A DNA stretch of 64,000 bases, taken from contig NC_087447.1 in NCBI RefSeq assembly GCF_036321535.1, forward strand, positions 36,396,001 to 36,460,000, read 5' to 3'. The notes under the pieces were generated by a model. It saw only the letters and a list, made by a program, of their open reading frames with translations. It ran no database searches and was not told the origin of the DNA. The DNA comes from Camelus dromedarius. Its lineage: Eukaryota. Positions 13,440-27,587 of this stretch are shown here, one piece after another; position 1 is the stretch's first letter, and each line of letters opens with the position of its first letter. Both the position numbers and the translations under genes were made by a program.

Positions 13440-14530
13440 AAACTTTTTAAATAACACATTTATTGAGATATAATTCACATGCTACATAACTCACCTATTT
13501 AAAATGCACAATTAAATATTTTTTAGTATAGTCACAGAGTTGTGCAGTTATCACCACAATCAATTTTATCATCCTCAAAAGAAACCCTGCATCCATGAAC
13601 ACTCACAGGTCTACTCTCTTTTTTTTTTTTTCATTTTTAACATTTATTTATGTATTTATTTTATAATATCATATCTTTTAAATTGAAATATAATTGACGT
13701 ACAATATTATATGTTACAGGTATGTAATATAGTAATTCACAATTTTTAAAGGTTATACTCCATTTATAGTTATTATAAAATATTGGCTGTATTCTCCATG
13801 TTGTGCAATACGTCCTTATAACTTATTTTATACCTGATAGTTTGTACCTCTTAATCCTCCACCTCCATCTTGCCCCTCCCCCTTTCCTCTCCCCACTGGT
13901 AACCATTAGTTCCTTCTCTACATCTGAGTCTGTTTCTTTTCTGTTATATTCACTAGTTAGTTATATATATTTTTTAAGATTCTGCATGTAAGTGATATCT
14001 TACATTATTTGCCTCCAATCTACTTTTTGTTTGTAGATTTACCTTTTCTAGCTATTTCATATAAATGGAATCATACCATATGTGGTCTCTTGTGATTGGT
14101 TTGACTTAACATTAATATTTTCAGGGTTCATCTGTGCTGTGGAATGTATCAGATCAGTACTTTATTCCTTTTTAAAGCTGAATAAGAGTCCATCATGTGG
14201 ATAGACCACATTTTGTTTATTCATTTATCACTTCATATGCACTTGGGGTTATTTCCACTATTTGACTATTGTGAATAATGCTGTTATGAACATTTATGTA
14301 CAAATTTGTGTGTGAACATGTTTTCAGTTCTCGTGGGAATATGTCTAGAAGTGGAATTGCTGGGTCATCAGGTTACTCAGTGGTTATCTTTTTGTGGAAC
14401 AGTCAGACTGTATTCCAGAGTGACTGTACCACTTTCTCACTGGCAGTGCATTAAGGGTCCAGTTTCTCCACATCCTGGCCAATACTTGTTATCTGTCTTT
14501 TTGATTATAAGTATCCTAGTGGATGTGAAG
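13440..14530 (-). mobile_element. L1MB-like 3' end interrupted by a younger L1 3' end (~13618-14015)
   Basis: TTTATTGAGATATAATTCACAT... breaks at TCTACT followed by poly-T and resumes after a second TCTACT (~14019). Confidence 0.8.
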
Positions 14531-14674
14531 TTACCTTCAGTTTTGAAACCAAATCTTTGAGTTGTTTTGTGACAAAAATCAAGGTGTGCAAGAAACCAAG
14601 CATACTAATGGCTATGTATACTAATGCCTTTATATTAAAGTCCAGAGAGAAAGATAAAATCTTACTAATTTAAC

Positions 14675-14862
14675 ACTGATGGTTCTCAAACTTTAGTTTG
14701 CATTGGAATCACCTAGAAGATTTTTTGTGAAACCTTATGTTGTCGAGCCCTACCTTAGACTTTCTGAATCAGTAGGACTGCGATGTGTCAGAAAATTTAC
14801 ATTTGTAACAAGTTTGTAGATGCTGCTGCTGGTCTAAGGACCACGTTTTTAGAACCAGTGAT
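14675..14862. mobile_element. MER5-like MITE
   Basis: TGGTTCTCAAACTTTAG...GAATCACCT...CTGAATCAGTAGG...TTTAGAACCAGTG. Confidence 0.75.
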
Positions 14863-14879
14863 TTGAAAACAGGTTGGCA

Positions 14880-15130
14880 GTGCTTACTTTGTGCCCAGTT
14901 TCTTCCTTAAGTGTTATCTATGTTAATTTATATAATCTTCACACAGGTAGGTACTTTTATTATCTCACTTTACAAGTGAAGAAATTGAGGCATATACAGA
15001 TTAAGAAACTTGTCAAGGAAACTCAGGCATATAAAGGCTACTAACTTGTTTAAGATCACATATCTAAAAATAGTGGAAATGATGATTTCCTCTGGCTCTA
15101 GTGTTTATATTCTTAATTACTATGTTATGC
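14880..15130 (-). mobile_element. MIR with internal duplication of the core
   Basis: GAAATTGAGGCATATA...ACTTGTCAAG followed by GAAACTCAGGCATATA...ACTTGTTTAAG. Confidence 0.65.
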
Positions 15131-16762
15131 TGCTGGGCTGCTGCATGTAGAGTTAATTCACACATGGTATATATGATGTTTACTCAGTGAAAACCTGCAA
15201 ATAATCAATTTCCTACGAATTTAGGATGTATAGTTCCCAGGAATACTTGTTCTCTTTCAAGACAGTAATCTAAAAAATCAAGGATTCCCTCAATGGGCTT
15301 GTGTCTAGTAATCAATTCATTCATTACTGTGTCTAGTAATTAAAAAAATATTTTTAGTTTATGTTTTTATGTTTATTATATTTTATATTTTATGTAATAT
15401 AGGACTACTGTGAATTATAATTTTTATAATAGCAAATATTGTTGAATATCTAAGTAGTTGTATGACCTTGGAGAGTAACAAATTCTTTGGGCTTCAGTTC
15501 TACATCAGACTATGTTTCTATGACTTGGATTTAGTTGTTTTGTTTTAAGATTCATTATGATGACATTTTTTTTAGTTGAGAAGGGGAATTTAGTTTAGTA
15601 GATGGGATTTTCTCAGTTTTAAAATTTTCTCCCTTAAAATGTTCTCAACTTTAGAAAAGTTACTGATGGAAAAACACAGTTGATCATACTTCGACAGCTT
15701 GTTGTGATTGTGCTTTTATATTGTATACATACAATTTACCAGTAATTTCTTTATAGTTTCTCCTATTTCATATATTTGTATTTCATGATGTTTTATAATT
15801 TGTTAGTTTCATTATTTAAACTGTCTAAAGTTTCTAAAGTTTGTACTACCTCAAAAATTTTGTGATATACCTTGATTATATACACATTAAGTTCAAAACA
15901 CTTTACTAAACATTTCTAGGGGATGCATAAAAAAGAGACACAGTTTTTTGCCTTCAAGGAATTTAAATTTTAATTGTAACAGTTTTAATTCAGTTAATTA
16001 GTAAAATGTATCAGGAAAATTTGTCAAAGAGTTGGAAATGGACAAAAAATAAATCACTGGGTTTCTTTTCAAGGTAATGCTGAATGTCTAGGGACCTCCA
16101 AGGTTTATCTGATTCTAAATGAGTGTGCACTTTTGATCATCTTTGATTGACTAGGCTATTTTACAACTCTGTAGGGATAAAAGTTAAATTGTAGAGAACT
16201 GAAAACAATGCAAGTGTTTTCTGCCCATAACAATGCAAATGATTCCTATTCTTGCAGTGCAAATGGATTTTTTTCCAGGAGAGAAGATAAATCTGTTTAC
16301 AAACTCTGTTATGAATTGGTTTTCACTTCTTACTGGTTTCCTCATTAATTAATAAGTTAAATAAAATCCCTGGCACTTAACATTTTGACTCATGCTTTAA
16401 AAAAACATTTCTATGGGACACATGATTTTATCGTTTTAGAAATTATACTTTAGAACTTTTAACTTCTTATATAATGCACATATAGTTAACTATAAGCATA
16501 TACGTATATGAATTTTTAAGATGTACTCATATGATATGCTGAAAAGTAGTGAAACAGCACTTATTTTTTAAACTAAAAGTAACATTTCCCCTTACTACAA
16601 ACAATGCATACACACTTAAGATGAATTAAAATATATTCATAAGCAGAAAGAAAATTAAAAAATAAAAACATTTATGATCTCACTATCCAGAAATAATAAT
16701 CACTGTTAAGACCTTGGAATACATGTTTATTCAATTTTTTTTCTGAAATAGGATAATACTCC

Positions 16763-16908
16763 GGGGGCAGGATATAGCTTGGTGGTAGAGGGCATCCTTA
16801 GCACGCACAAGGTCCTGGGTTCAATCCCAGTAGCTCTGTTAAAAACAAACAAACAAACCAACAAACCTAATTGCCTACCCACATCAAAAAAAAAAAAAAA
16901 AAAAAAAA
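16763..16908 (+). mobile_element. tRNA-derived SINE (camelid type)
   Basis: Pol III A box TAGCTTGGTGG, B box GGTTCAATCCC, poly-A tail. TSD AAATAGGRTAATACT at 16746-16760 and 16913-16927. Confidence 0.92.
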
Positions 16909-18489
16909 GGTAAAATAGGGTAATACTGTATTCTATATTGATTTAAATTATTTACACCTTTTTTTAAAATTTAGAAGTATACAAATGAGCACCTTTTTGA
17001 CATTTAATTTTTGAAGACTGAATTTCAGCATTTCTAAAGAGAGGGAGCTAACAAAGCTTCTTGTTAGCTATTTTAGTTCCAATAATTTTGCAGGTGATAT
17101 GTTATTTTAAAAATGAAATGATGTTAAATAGGCACATGAAATCACTAAATACAGAAGAAATTAAAGCAAAAATGTTTTAATACTTTAAATTTCAAGAGGT
17201 GGCCTCTCTGGGATCTTAGAAGTCTGCCTGTACACATAGCATGATGAATGAAATCTTTTTTTTTTTTTTAATTGTTTTTGTATTGTTTTAAAAAAGAAGA
17301 TGGCATGGAGGTTATTGGGGGATTAAGGGTGGGGAAGAACCATAGACTACAAAGAAAATGAAGCCTGGAATATCAGTATAGAAAAGCAGTCCTATCCTAG
17401 CTGTTAACATTTAAAAAACCCTTTCAAGGACTAAAGAAAGAAAGGCTACAAATGTCTGGAGCTTGAGATGGCTTTTATACTTTTGAACCTGTTATGAAAG
17501 CTTTTCTTAGAACTCTCTTTCCTCCCCCTCCCCCAAAACAAAATAGTTTAAAAAAAGAAAGAAAGAAATTAAACAGGAAAAGACCAAACCTAAAGGATGT
17601 TACAATAGCTTATTTTAAATTTCTGAGCCAGAAAAACAGCTGCTTCTTAAAAAAAAAAAAAAAAAAAAAAAAAAGGACAAAGAGGAAGAATTGCCATATT
17701 TCAAAGTCCAAAGGAAACAAAGAGAATAAGTGGTTATATCTTTGAATCCTACAAATTCCTCGTAGCTCAAATGTAGGTGCATTTCTAATAAGAATCAGCA
17801 CTTTTTGATTTTGTTGCTACAAAACTGGTTTGTGAACAAGTTCCAAAAAGTAAAAGTGGAAATGTACATTGAGACTATTCTGTTTTTAGTACAGTATTTG
17901 GTTGAACACAAATGTTCTGTATCTGTTTTCATAAAGAATAAGTTAAAAAAAAAAGTTCAAAGGACATGGATTGCTAATTCTTATAAAGTTCTCACCAGAA
18001 GGCCAAGTATGACTTTTCTACCTTGTTTTATGATTTATTCATTATTTTATTATAACTGAAATGGAAGAATGAATGACCAACATTCAGTGACTTTTAGTTT
18101 TTGTCCTTTTAACATTATAATCCATCAAGATTGTAGAGGGACTCTAAGTCTCTCAAATGGAGTCTAACTCTACTTAAATTAAAAACTTTTAAACCTGCAG
18201 TGTAATATGAAAGTTCTGAATTTTAGTCCCATGACTGTTATTAATTTAATCATGGCCAAATCACCTAACCTCTCTCAGAGCCAAACTAGTTCATTGTTTC
18301 TTCCATCTCCAAAGCTCTGTAATTCTGTTCCTTTAAAAAAAAAAAAATGTGAAAGTAATGTTAAGGATAAAATCTTCTTTAAAAAGCAAGTCTCAGTTTA
18401 GAAAAATTCTTAAATTCCACATGATGTCTTAATTTAACTAGTAATATAAAACAAAATTTTAGTGTGAACACAGAATTTTATTTTTTGAA

Positions 18490-19060
18490 TAATTTTTTCA
18501 AAATATGCTAGAATACAGAAAACTGCACAAATTTTAAGAGTATAGTTTAGTTGTCACAAAATGAACATATCTATGTAACCACTGCTCAGGTCAAGAAATA
18601 AAACATTTTAAGTGCCCCTTAAGTCTTTCTTCCCTCCCCATTACTGCCTTCTGTTCCTTCTCAAAGATAGCTATCTTGACTTTTAAGAACATAAATAAAT
18701 TTTCCTTGTTTTTGAGTTTTATTTAAATAGAACCATACAGTATGTATTATTTTATATCTAGCTTCTTTTACACACTGTTGTATTTGTGAGAATCATTACT
18801 TGTCATTATGTAGCAGTGGTTGGCCCATTTTATTTCTGTATAGTATTACATTATATGAATTTACCTATTAATGGATATATGCATTGTTTCCAGTTTGGGG
18901 CTATTGTAAATAATGGTGCTATAACATCTGTATATGGTTTTTTTTTGATAGAACTGTGCATTCATTACTGTTGGATGTATGCTTAGGAGTAGAAAATAAT
19001 GCCAAAATTTTTTCCAAAGCACATGTGCCAATTTATACTCCCACTTGCTCAGAACATAAA
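18490..19060 (-). mobile_element. Old L1ME-like 3' end
   Basis: TGTAACCACTGCTCAGGTCAAGAAATA...TTGTTTCCAGTTTGGGGCTATTGTAAATAAT. Confidence 0.7.
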
Positions 19061-19977
19061 ATGTTAAAATTTCCTTTATTATTATTGGAATGGAATGATC
19101 TCTTCAATGAAACATTTGATATTTCCCAGAAAAAAAATGGCATATGGATACTAATTAAGCTTATTAATGCCTGCTTTTGAAAATGTCATAACTCTACTCT
19201 TTGGCAATTAGGACTCTGGAATTTCTCACCTATCAGTTGATCCAGGGAAAAGCAATAGATTTTTTTTTTCTTTTTTTGGCCAACTTTTGTTTGCTCAGAG
19301 AACTGAGAATGATTGGGGAAAAATAAAACTTCACAATAACTGAACTGTTGTTTTTATTTTCTTCTTTACTCCCTTGGCTAGGCAATGTTATAATAATAAA
19401 TTCCTTTAGTTCTTCTTGAATATATAGTACTTTTTGCTTTGAGCAGAGAAGAGATAAATACTTATTATCTATTCCTATGATGATGTTTATGTCCCCCCTT
19501 TTTTTTTTTTTTTTGGCTAATCTCATTGAAAGTATGTATTTTCATTTAAGGACTTTGCTTCTGTGGGCTGTTTACTACAACACATTAATCAAAAGCCATT
19601 TCTTTTGGGGAAAACAAACACCAATAACTAACTTAATTGTAGCAATCCAGATATTTTCAAAGACTTTATTGACTAGTGTCCTGATATTTTTGTTCCATTT
19701 TAAATTCAATTCTGGAAAATAGATTTTCTTCAACCAAAGCATTATAAAAATGCAGGGATCCTAGATGATGATGGTTGAGTTGATATGGAAAGAAGTAATA
19801 AATCAAAATAGAAAATCAAGAGAATCAAATGAGGTCATATGTTTGAAAGTACATGTTCAAATTTAAGGTGTTATCATGATCATGATCACTATTACCATAG
19901 GGATAATTTAGTTTTTTTGTAAGAGGGGGAGGAATAAACAGCTTAGAGATAGTAGAACTCTGTTTATTCAGTGGGGC

Positions 19978-20445
19978 CAGTGCTGTCCTATGGAAATATA
20001 AAGTGAGTCACGGGGGAGGGTATAGCTCAAGTGGTACAGCACATGCTTAGAACACATGAGGTCCTAGGTACAATCCTCAGTACCTCCTCTAAAAATAAAT
20101 AAGTGAATTGACCTAATACCCCCACCCCAAAAAATAAAAAAGAACTATATAAAAAAAAATAAAGTGAATCACAATGTGACTCATATATGTAATTTAAAAT
20201 TTTTTAGTAGTTACACTAAAAAGTAAAAAGAAACACGTGACATATTAATGTATTTTATGAAAACCAGTATATCCAAATGGTACCATTTCAACATGCAATC
20301 AATATAAAAATTATGGAGATATTTAACATTATTTATTTATACTAAGTCTTCAAAAATCCAGTATATTCTTTATACTACAGCACATCTCAATTCATGTTTC
20401 TAGTAGCCCAATAAGTCACAGGTTGCTATTGGCTACCACATTGGA
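19978..20445 (+). mobile_element. MER33/MER3-like hAT MITE interrupted by a SINE
   Basis: CAGTGCTGTCCTATGGAAATATA...TGTAATTTAAAATTTTTTAGTAG...GGCTACCACATTGGA. Confidence 0.75.
20012..20158 (+). mobile_element. tRNA-derived SINE (camelid type)
   Basis: GGGGGAGGGTATAGCTCAAGTGGTA.... TSD ATAAAGTGARTCAC at 19998-20011 and 20159-20172. Confidence 0.92.
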
Positions 20446-20653
20446 AGGTTTGAGGTTTTCCATGATAGATAGCTCCATGCTGTACAGACTAGACATGATT
20501 TACTCATACTTTTAGCAATATTCCATTGTAATATATACTAATAGTGGGTTGTTAGTTTATGTTTGAGATATAGGATTTTGAGTTTCTAAAAGTGGCTAAT
20601 AAAGAACTCTGAACTCTACTACTAAAATTTATTTTTTGAAACTTTTCCAACAG

Positions 20654-20823
20654 GACTATTTTGCCAGAGTTTAAATGACTACTTTTAAATCAGAACCTTG
20701 AAACCTATAGGAGTCCAATATATTCCAAAATAATTTTCATACTAATGAGGAGTGGCAAGACACACATCTGGTGGACTAAAAAGACCCAATGAAAATTAAG
20801 AGACACAGCATTCAGAACAACTG
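20654..20823 (+). other. Candidate internal exon (170 nt)
   Basis: Acceptor ACTTTTCCAACAG with an upstream CTAA branch-like site, donor CTG|GTAGGT; unique sequence between repeats. Confidence 0.35.
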
Positions 20824-20916
20824 GTAGGTAAACAAAGGTATATATAATGTATATATAATAATCGTGAAATTTTTATAAAGGAAAAACAATGGATATGACT
20901 TATATGAAAATAACTC

Positions 20917-21261
20917 TGCTATAGACTGGATATTTATGTCCTTCCAAATTCACATGCTAGAACCTAATCCCCAGTGTGATGTATTTGGAGGCAGAGCCTT
21001 TGGGAGATGACTAGGTCATGAGGGCTCTGAATGAGATTAGTGCCCCTTTAAAAGAGACCACAGGAGCTCCCTTGACCCTTTTACCCTTTGAGGACATAAC
21101 AAAAAGACAGCCACCTGTGAACTAGGAAGTGGGTTCTCACTAATCTGCAGAGCCTTGACCTTGGACTTCTTAGCCACTAGAACTGGGAGAAGTAAATGTT
21201 TGCTGTTTGAGTCACCTAGTCTATGGTATTTTTGTTATAGCAGTCCAGATGGACTAAGACA
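20917..21261 (+). mobile_element. MaLR solo LTR (MLT1A-like)
   Basis: TG...CA termini (TGCTATAGACTG...GGACTAAGACA) and a 5-bp TSD AACTC/AACTA. Confidence 0.88.
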
Positions 21262-22532
21262 AACTATGAAAGTTTAGCATAGTAACTTTGGGGAAGTAAA
21301 AAAAAAATCCCATAAAAGCGGATTCTTTTTTTGAGAACAATTCTGTAAATAATGTCCTGTTCACTAGGATAGTCTACATAAATCTACTTGAACTATAATA
21401 TAGCTGAAATACTTATCATTTGCAGTAATAAATACTATTATAATGATAAAAGTAAAGGAAAATAATTCATATTTTATAAATTTTAATACTGAAAATTATG
21501 TAGAATTCTTTATGAGAAAGGAGTAGATGAAGACATAGCTACTTTTAAAGAATAAATGATTAATGAAAGAAGTTAATTTTTCTAACCTTTTATTATGGAA
21601 TTTTAAATACATATACACAAGTGAGTATTGATACTATATATGTAATAGGAAAGTAAAAGTTTTTGGCAAAGAAAAGTTAGATTAGAGTTTCCTCCACAAG
21701 TCCCAAGGTGACAGTTGGAGTTTGAGATAGTTTAGTAGCTAGTTAATTTGGATTCTGAAGGAGTAGAAGGAGCGGGAGGTAGTGTGCAGTTGTGGCAACG
21801 TAGGCTGTATTGATTCATGGACTGAGTAAATAGACACATGGCTAAATGCTTTACAGATGAGAAATCAGATTCTGTTAGTAGGCAGTATAGGATTCCTGGG
21901 TTGGATTGTTTCTTCTTTTATCTGTAGTTATTATTAACTGTAAATATTTTGCTCAGTTTCTTGTTTAGTTTCAAAATTATATGAATTTTATATTTTGCAT
22001 GAATTTTAGAGTGTTACTGGCATTGGGAAAACTTACAGTAAATTTTTAGGGACAAAGTATGATTCCCTAAGAAAGTATTCTAAATGTATTATCCATATGA
22101 AATAAAACTTTTTATCTTGTGAAGTAAATGATTTATGCAATGTAAAATAGAGAACCATTTGTTTACATTTTGAAATTTTTCTTTAAAAACAAAAACAATT
22201 ATGTAAAAGATTTTGACAGTCAATGCTTTGTGTACTACTACTACTGCTACTATATATTTTTTTTCTTGTATCACCTGAGGTTGTAAATGGTTGCAAAAGT
22301 TTTTAGTGGTATTTTTGGCCACTTTGCAATAAACTTCTTAGGCATATTTTTGGGTGGGGCTATCAGCATAAAGCAGTGTGGTATAGAAGAAAAAGCCTGA
22401 ATCAAGTCAGAAAGCCTGGGGTCATTGTGATTCTGTCTCTTATTATGATGTGTCCTTGGGGAAATCATTTTTCTTTCTGGAACTCAGTTTTTACATGAGA
22501 GGTTTGAACTAGATAATTTCTACTATCCTTTA

Positions 22533-24141
22533 AGGTGGTAGCATGATATAGTAGAAAGAATATTAGTTTTAGAATCAGACCTATCTGGTTTTCGTTCATT
22601 CAGCAAGTATTTATTGAGAACTTTATTATATCAGATACTGGAAATAGTAATTAACAATATAAATAAATTAACTAATTAATCTCTACCTTCGTGGAACTTA
22701 TGTTCTATCTTGGTAGACAACAAAAATACAAATACATAAAACAATTATAAAATACAATAATTACCATAAGGAAACAAATGAGGGATTCTTTTTTTTTCTT
22801 CAAATTTTATTGAAGTATAGTAAATTTACAACATTGTAAGGGATTCTTGACAGTGTGGTTTAGGACTGTATCTTTGAGGTAGTGACTCAGGATGAGAAGG
22901 AGATAGCTAGGTGATTAATGGGGAGGTGTTTTAGGTAGAGGGAACAGCATCTGGAAAGGCCTTGAAGCTGGAGAGAAATTAGTTTGGTCTGGGAGCTGAA
23001 AGAAGAGCATTGTGAGTTAGAGTGAAGTGAAAAGATGAGAGAATGGCATAAGATGAGGTTGGAAAGACAGGCAGGGTTTTGTAGATCATGATATGGAGTT
23101 TGGATTTTATCCTAAGTACAATGGTAAGCCATTGTAGGGTTTTTAGCAAAACAGTGATTGACTTGATGTTTTGAGAAACTCTTATTACAGTGTGAAAAAG
23201 GATTAACGGAGATTTAAGAGTAGAAGTGAAGCTTTTGTATGGTCAGTTTAGAAATAATGAGGACCTGTGTTAAAGTGATAGGGTGTAGATGAAGAAATGT
23301 GGAACAATTTAAGATATATTTTAGAATTAGAAACAGCAGAACTTGCTAATAGATTGTATATTGGGTTTGATGGAAAGGAAGAAGAGAAGATGATTCTTAG
23401 GTTTCTGACTTGAACAACCAATGGACAGAATTTCTGTTTTCCCAGATAGGGGAAGATTGATATGTTTGGGTGAATAGATATCATAATTTCTTTTTTGATT
23501 TCTTCTTTGGACTCAGTAAGTTTACAGTGTCTTTGAGATGTTTAGGTGATGATGTCAAGAAACAGAGTAGGTAATTAAATATTCAAACATGAAATTTACA
23601 TAAGTCAGGGCTTGCGATACATATTTGGACATCATCAGCATAAGAACAGTATTTAAATCCATGGGAATGGATGAAATATTCTAAGACAAGAGACAAGTTT
23701 CAAGGGGCTCTGGCCTGAGTCTGAGGAACCCTAGAACTTACAAGTCAGATAGAAGAGGTAGATTTAACAGTGGAGACTAAGAGGTAGTAGCTGGTGAGGA
23801 TGAAATAAACCAAGAGAGTATAGTATTTGGAGTAAAGAGGTCAGTGTTTCAAGACAAAGAAAGGTGTTGATTGTGTTGAATGCTGGTGAGAAATGCGATT
23901 TGGATGAGCACAGAGAGATGACCATTGGATTTGGCAACATTTGATTTGAATTCTGGCTCTGCTACTTTCTAGCTGAGTGACCTTGAACACTTCATTTCAC
24001 ATTATTAAGTCTCAATTTTCTCATTTTCAGAAAAGGGAATAAAAATACTTCTCTCACATGGTTATTGTGAAGTATGTGAAGAACTAACATGTGTTTCCCT
24101 GAAACAGTGCCTGACAAATTTGGGATACTCAATTGATATTA
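22533..24141. mobile_element. MIR (+) split by a ~1.35-kb L2 (-, ~22592-23940), which itself carries a ~48-bp L1 stub
   Basis: MIR head at 22533-22591; L2 tail TTCATTCAGCAAGTATTTATTGAG; MIR resumes TTGAATTCTGGCTCTGCTACTT...GTGACCTTG. Stub TSD AGGGATTCTT at 22781 and 22839. Confidence 0.78.
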
Positions 24142-27100
24142 GTTTGTTTCTTCTGAAGTTGTATGATGCCTTTTGAAATTTTGAATAGGGTACACTTATC
24201 CTTTGGTTAAAGATGTTAACTTTGTTTCTGAAAATTCTGCTGTTTAGTGAAAAGCTATAAAATAAAAAAAAATTTCCATTAATTTTAATGGTAAAAATTA
24301 GGATATATTTCATCCCAACCCAAGATACCCAAACTCTTCACAGATAGGAAAATATATCATTTGAGGAACAATGAAAACAAATTTATATAAATAATAGACG
24401 ACATTTAAAAGTATATAAATGTAGGTTATACATAAACTATAAAATAATAGAGTTTTATTATACTTGTTGAAGGAAGAAAACAAGAATGGATAATGGGTGG
24501 TGGAAGAGAAGTGTGAGTTATGGCACACTTTTAGAGTTATACAAGATGCTACCTCTTCATTCTTCATTAGCAGGGCATAACAGTTTGGGTCATCTAAACA
24601 TGGTAAAAATGTGAAATTTTCCAGGTGATATTCTCTGACTAGAAATTGTTCAGTCAACTAGTGAGTGTTTTTGCCTGAAATTATAATATCTAAATATCAC
24701 ATCTTATAGTATATTTATTTAGTGTGTTTTGGGTGAAGAAGTTATTCTAGAAAAAAAAAAAACCAATGTCATCTGAAAAGTGATAAAACTTTTTCGGAGC
24801 TGTTTTAAAATAGTAAGTTGCTATCTGATTTAAGTCCTTATTTACTGTTTATCTACCCCAAGCATGGCTATATTAGGCTCTGTGAGGATAACTAAAAAGC
24901 TTATAATTTAATGAGTCGCTTTTAGAAAGCAGAATTTTTAAGTAATTATTAATTTTAAAGGAAGAATAGTGAAAAGACAAAGTCACTTTTTAGTGGTATC
25001 TCTCTCTAATAATGTGAAATGCTCTCTCAATTGAACAAAATTTGAAAGTCTAGTTTATATTGACTGGAAATGAAAGAATCTCATTACGAAAAAAGTAGGT
25101 ATGTTTTTAAGCTGTGTGGTTTTTTGTTTTTTTTTTTAATTTTCTTTTAGTTATCATTTAAACACCCAAACTGGCAAACCTTCTTGTGGGGAATGATAAA
25201 GCTACTCTGGCAGATGGGTAGGAGTATGCATGTATCAGAGAACCACTGATAGGTTGTCCTGTCCAGGCAGGTTGAATTTCCTCTGTATCTAAGCCTATAC
25301 ATCTAAGGCACATGTATTTCTTGGAAAAATCTGAATTTCCTGCTGAAAGTCTTGGCATAGGCAAGCATAAGATCAATGATTTCCAAGATGGGGCTCTGTG
25401 CCTTAAGTATCCATGTGTAACTTCTATTGGCATAATGCTTTAAAAGAAGATATATTTGGTAAATTACTCATTTCCCCCTCCAAACTATAAGGTTGTTATA
25501 TGGTAGCTTTAATAATCTATTGTGCAACTGTTATTACTGGTTTCTGACATTTAAACCTTGGTCCCAGAGCGGTAGCATGTGCAAATTGAAAATCAACTCA
25601 AAATACTTCCTTATGTGAATATCACAAAGTGAGGTTTCATTCTGTTTCTCTCTGTGATCATTTTCTTTTTGTATGATATTAGATTCAGTATCCAGGTTAA
25701 TTGCCCATCCAATGATGGGGTTTGTAGGCATCCCTAAACCTGAAAAAATGGTTGAAATGAACTCAGGGGCATTTTTTTACTTGCTGAAAGTAATTCTGTG
25801 TGGCTTATTTCAATTTATTTACTTTTTTCTCCAGAATTACTGTAAAGATTTTCTACTTCACTCATTACAGCATAGTGTTTTTCACATTTGAATAGACTGC
25901 ATCAACATGAATTCTTTATAAGGACCTTAAAAACAAACTTTGCCAAGTCCCAGAATACAGAAGTGAATTCACATCCCAATACTCAGCTGCCTCATGAATA
26001 AAGGAGAGCCTGTGCCTGACACTTTGAAGCTGTAGCTGTTAAACCATACAGAATATTTACCTCAATAAATCATTATAAGAAACTAAGGTACAATTATACC
26101 CACAGAGAAAAAGAATTCAAAACACTGATTTATGTGTTTCAGTGCCTATTCCCTTTTCCCAGTATGTTTTGAATTTTATGCATGTTTGTCATCTTTGGCT
26201 GCTCCTATGTATCTTTAAACTAATGGGTTCTGATTTTTTTTAAAACATTCCTCATTAAGTTTGTTATTTTTCTTAGACACACAGACATGATTTGCATAGT
26301 GTACAACATTTTACATTTAAAATTAACTATATCTCATTTCTTAGGGCCGAAACTGAAAGTGGAAAAAGTGACTTATTTTAAACAAAACACTGACTTTACT
26401 CAATTTGTGAGCATTTAAGCTGAAATTCCATATTAAGGATTTCATTTGGAATTTATTTTGGAGTACTGGGAAAGAGTAAAGAACTGGGATATAAATAGGA
26501 AATAAACACTGCCTTAACGAACCATCTTTTATTAAAATATTTTGCTTATTTAAACTGATAATAGTATTATGGAAAAGTATATTTGTTCACCAATGTGTAT
26601 TTTGTTTTTCTGAAAGTAAAAAAATGCAAAAGCAAAATAAAGCAGTAACATGGATAAAGGAATGACAGTGAAGTTGACAAAGAATCAATGCACAGATAGG
26701 AGAATTTTGCCTAGAATAATTTATTATGATCACCTGGGTATAGTAGAAAACAGTAGTTTTCTAATGGTATGCTGTAAATTTAAAAACTAGAAAAAGCATT
26801 TTAAAACAGCTAAATAATTTATCAATAAGGATAAAAAGTTTTTTTCATTGGCTTAAAACAATTTAATTGTTATAATTTTAGAAAGTCAAAGTACATACAA
26901 TCTCTGAGTCTTCTCTATAGAAATCAGGGCCTGAATTCAGTTGATCAAAGTTATGTGACCAGTTTGGATCACAGAGTTATACTTTTAAATGATATAATGT
27001 TATATAAATGTTACCCCATTTTTCAATCCATGTGAAATTGTGGATGTTAGAGTCAGACTTTTAATGAATTCTTTATTACCCAAGCATTCATGCTCATAAG

Positions 27101-27189
27101 ATTTCTCTTATTTAACCTTACAAATGGAAGAAATACATGAATACATATAGATTATAGATTATCTGAGATTCTGAGATCTTGTCTTCCCC

Positions 27190-27410
27190 TAATTCTCTAA
27201 TATTACAACCTGTTTATTGCCTTCCAATCACTCTAATCACAGTCTATAATTATTTTATTTATTGTGTGCTTTGTTTATTGTATGTCTTCTCAATAAGAGC
27301 TCCATGCAGCAAGAATCTTGTTTATCTTACTTGATATTATATTCCTACTACCTAGATGGATGTTCCTGGTGCACAGAATGTGCTTTAATTTATAGAATAA
27401 AGGAATGAAG
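27190..27410 (+). mobile_element. L2 3' end
   Basis: GAGCTCCATG...TCTTGTTTATCTT...CCTGGTGCACAG...GAATGAA. Confidence 0.6.
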
Positions 27411-27488
27411 TATAGTGGGCTCCCTTGTTTATTTTAACATTTATTTACCATGAGTACAGAGTAGTTCAGGTAAGTGGAGTTAAATCTT

Positions 27489-27587
27489 TTTTTTCTTTTT
27501 TAAAAAATTTTCTTTAATGGAGGTACTGGCTGGGGATTAAACCCAGGACCTCATGCATGCCAAGTACATGCTCTACCCCTCCATCCC
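27489..27587 (-). mobile_element. tRNA-derived SINE, partly deleted
   Basis: GGAGGTACTGG...GGGATTAAACCCAGGACCTCATGCATGC; flanks AAGTGGAGTTAAATCTT / AAGTGCAATTAAATCTT. Confidence 0.85.

Noticed and set aside
20012..20090. tRNA gene
   Set aside because: The tRNA-like head is followed by a SINE body and A-rich tail and is flanked by a TSD. The same applies to the other four copies.
25158..25433. 91-aa minus-strand ORF as a gene
   Set aside because: No recognisable homology or promoter. The splice signals here are on the + strand.
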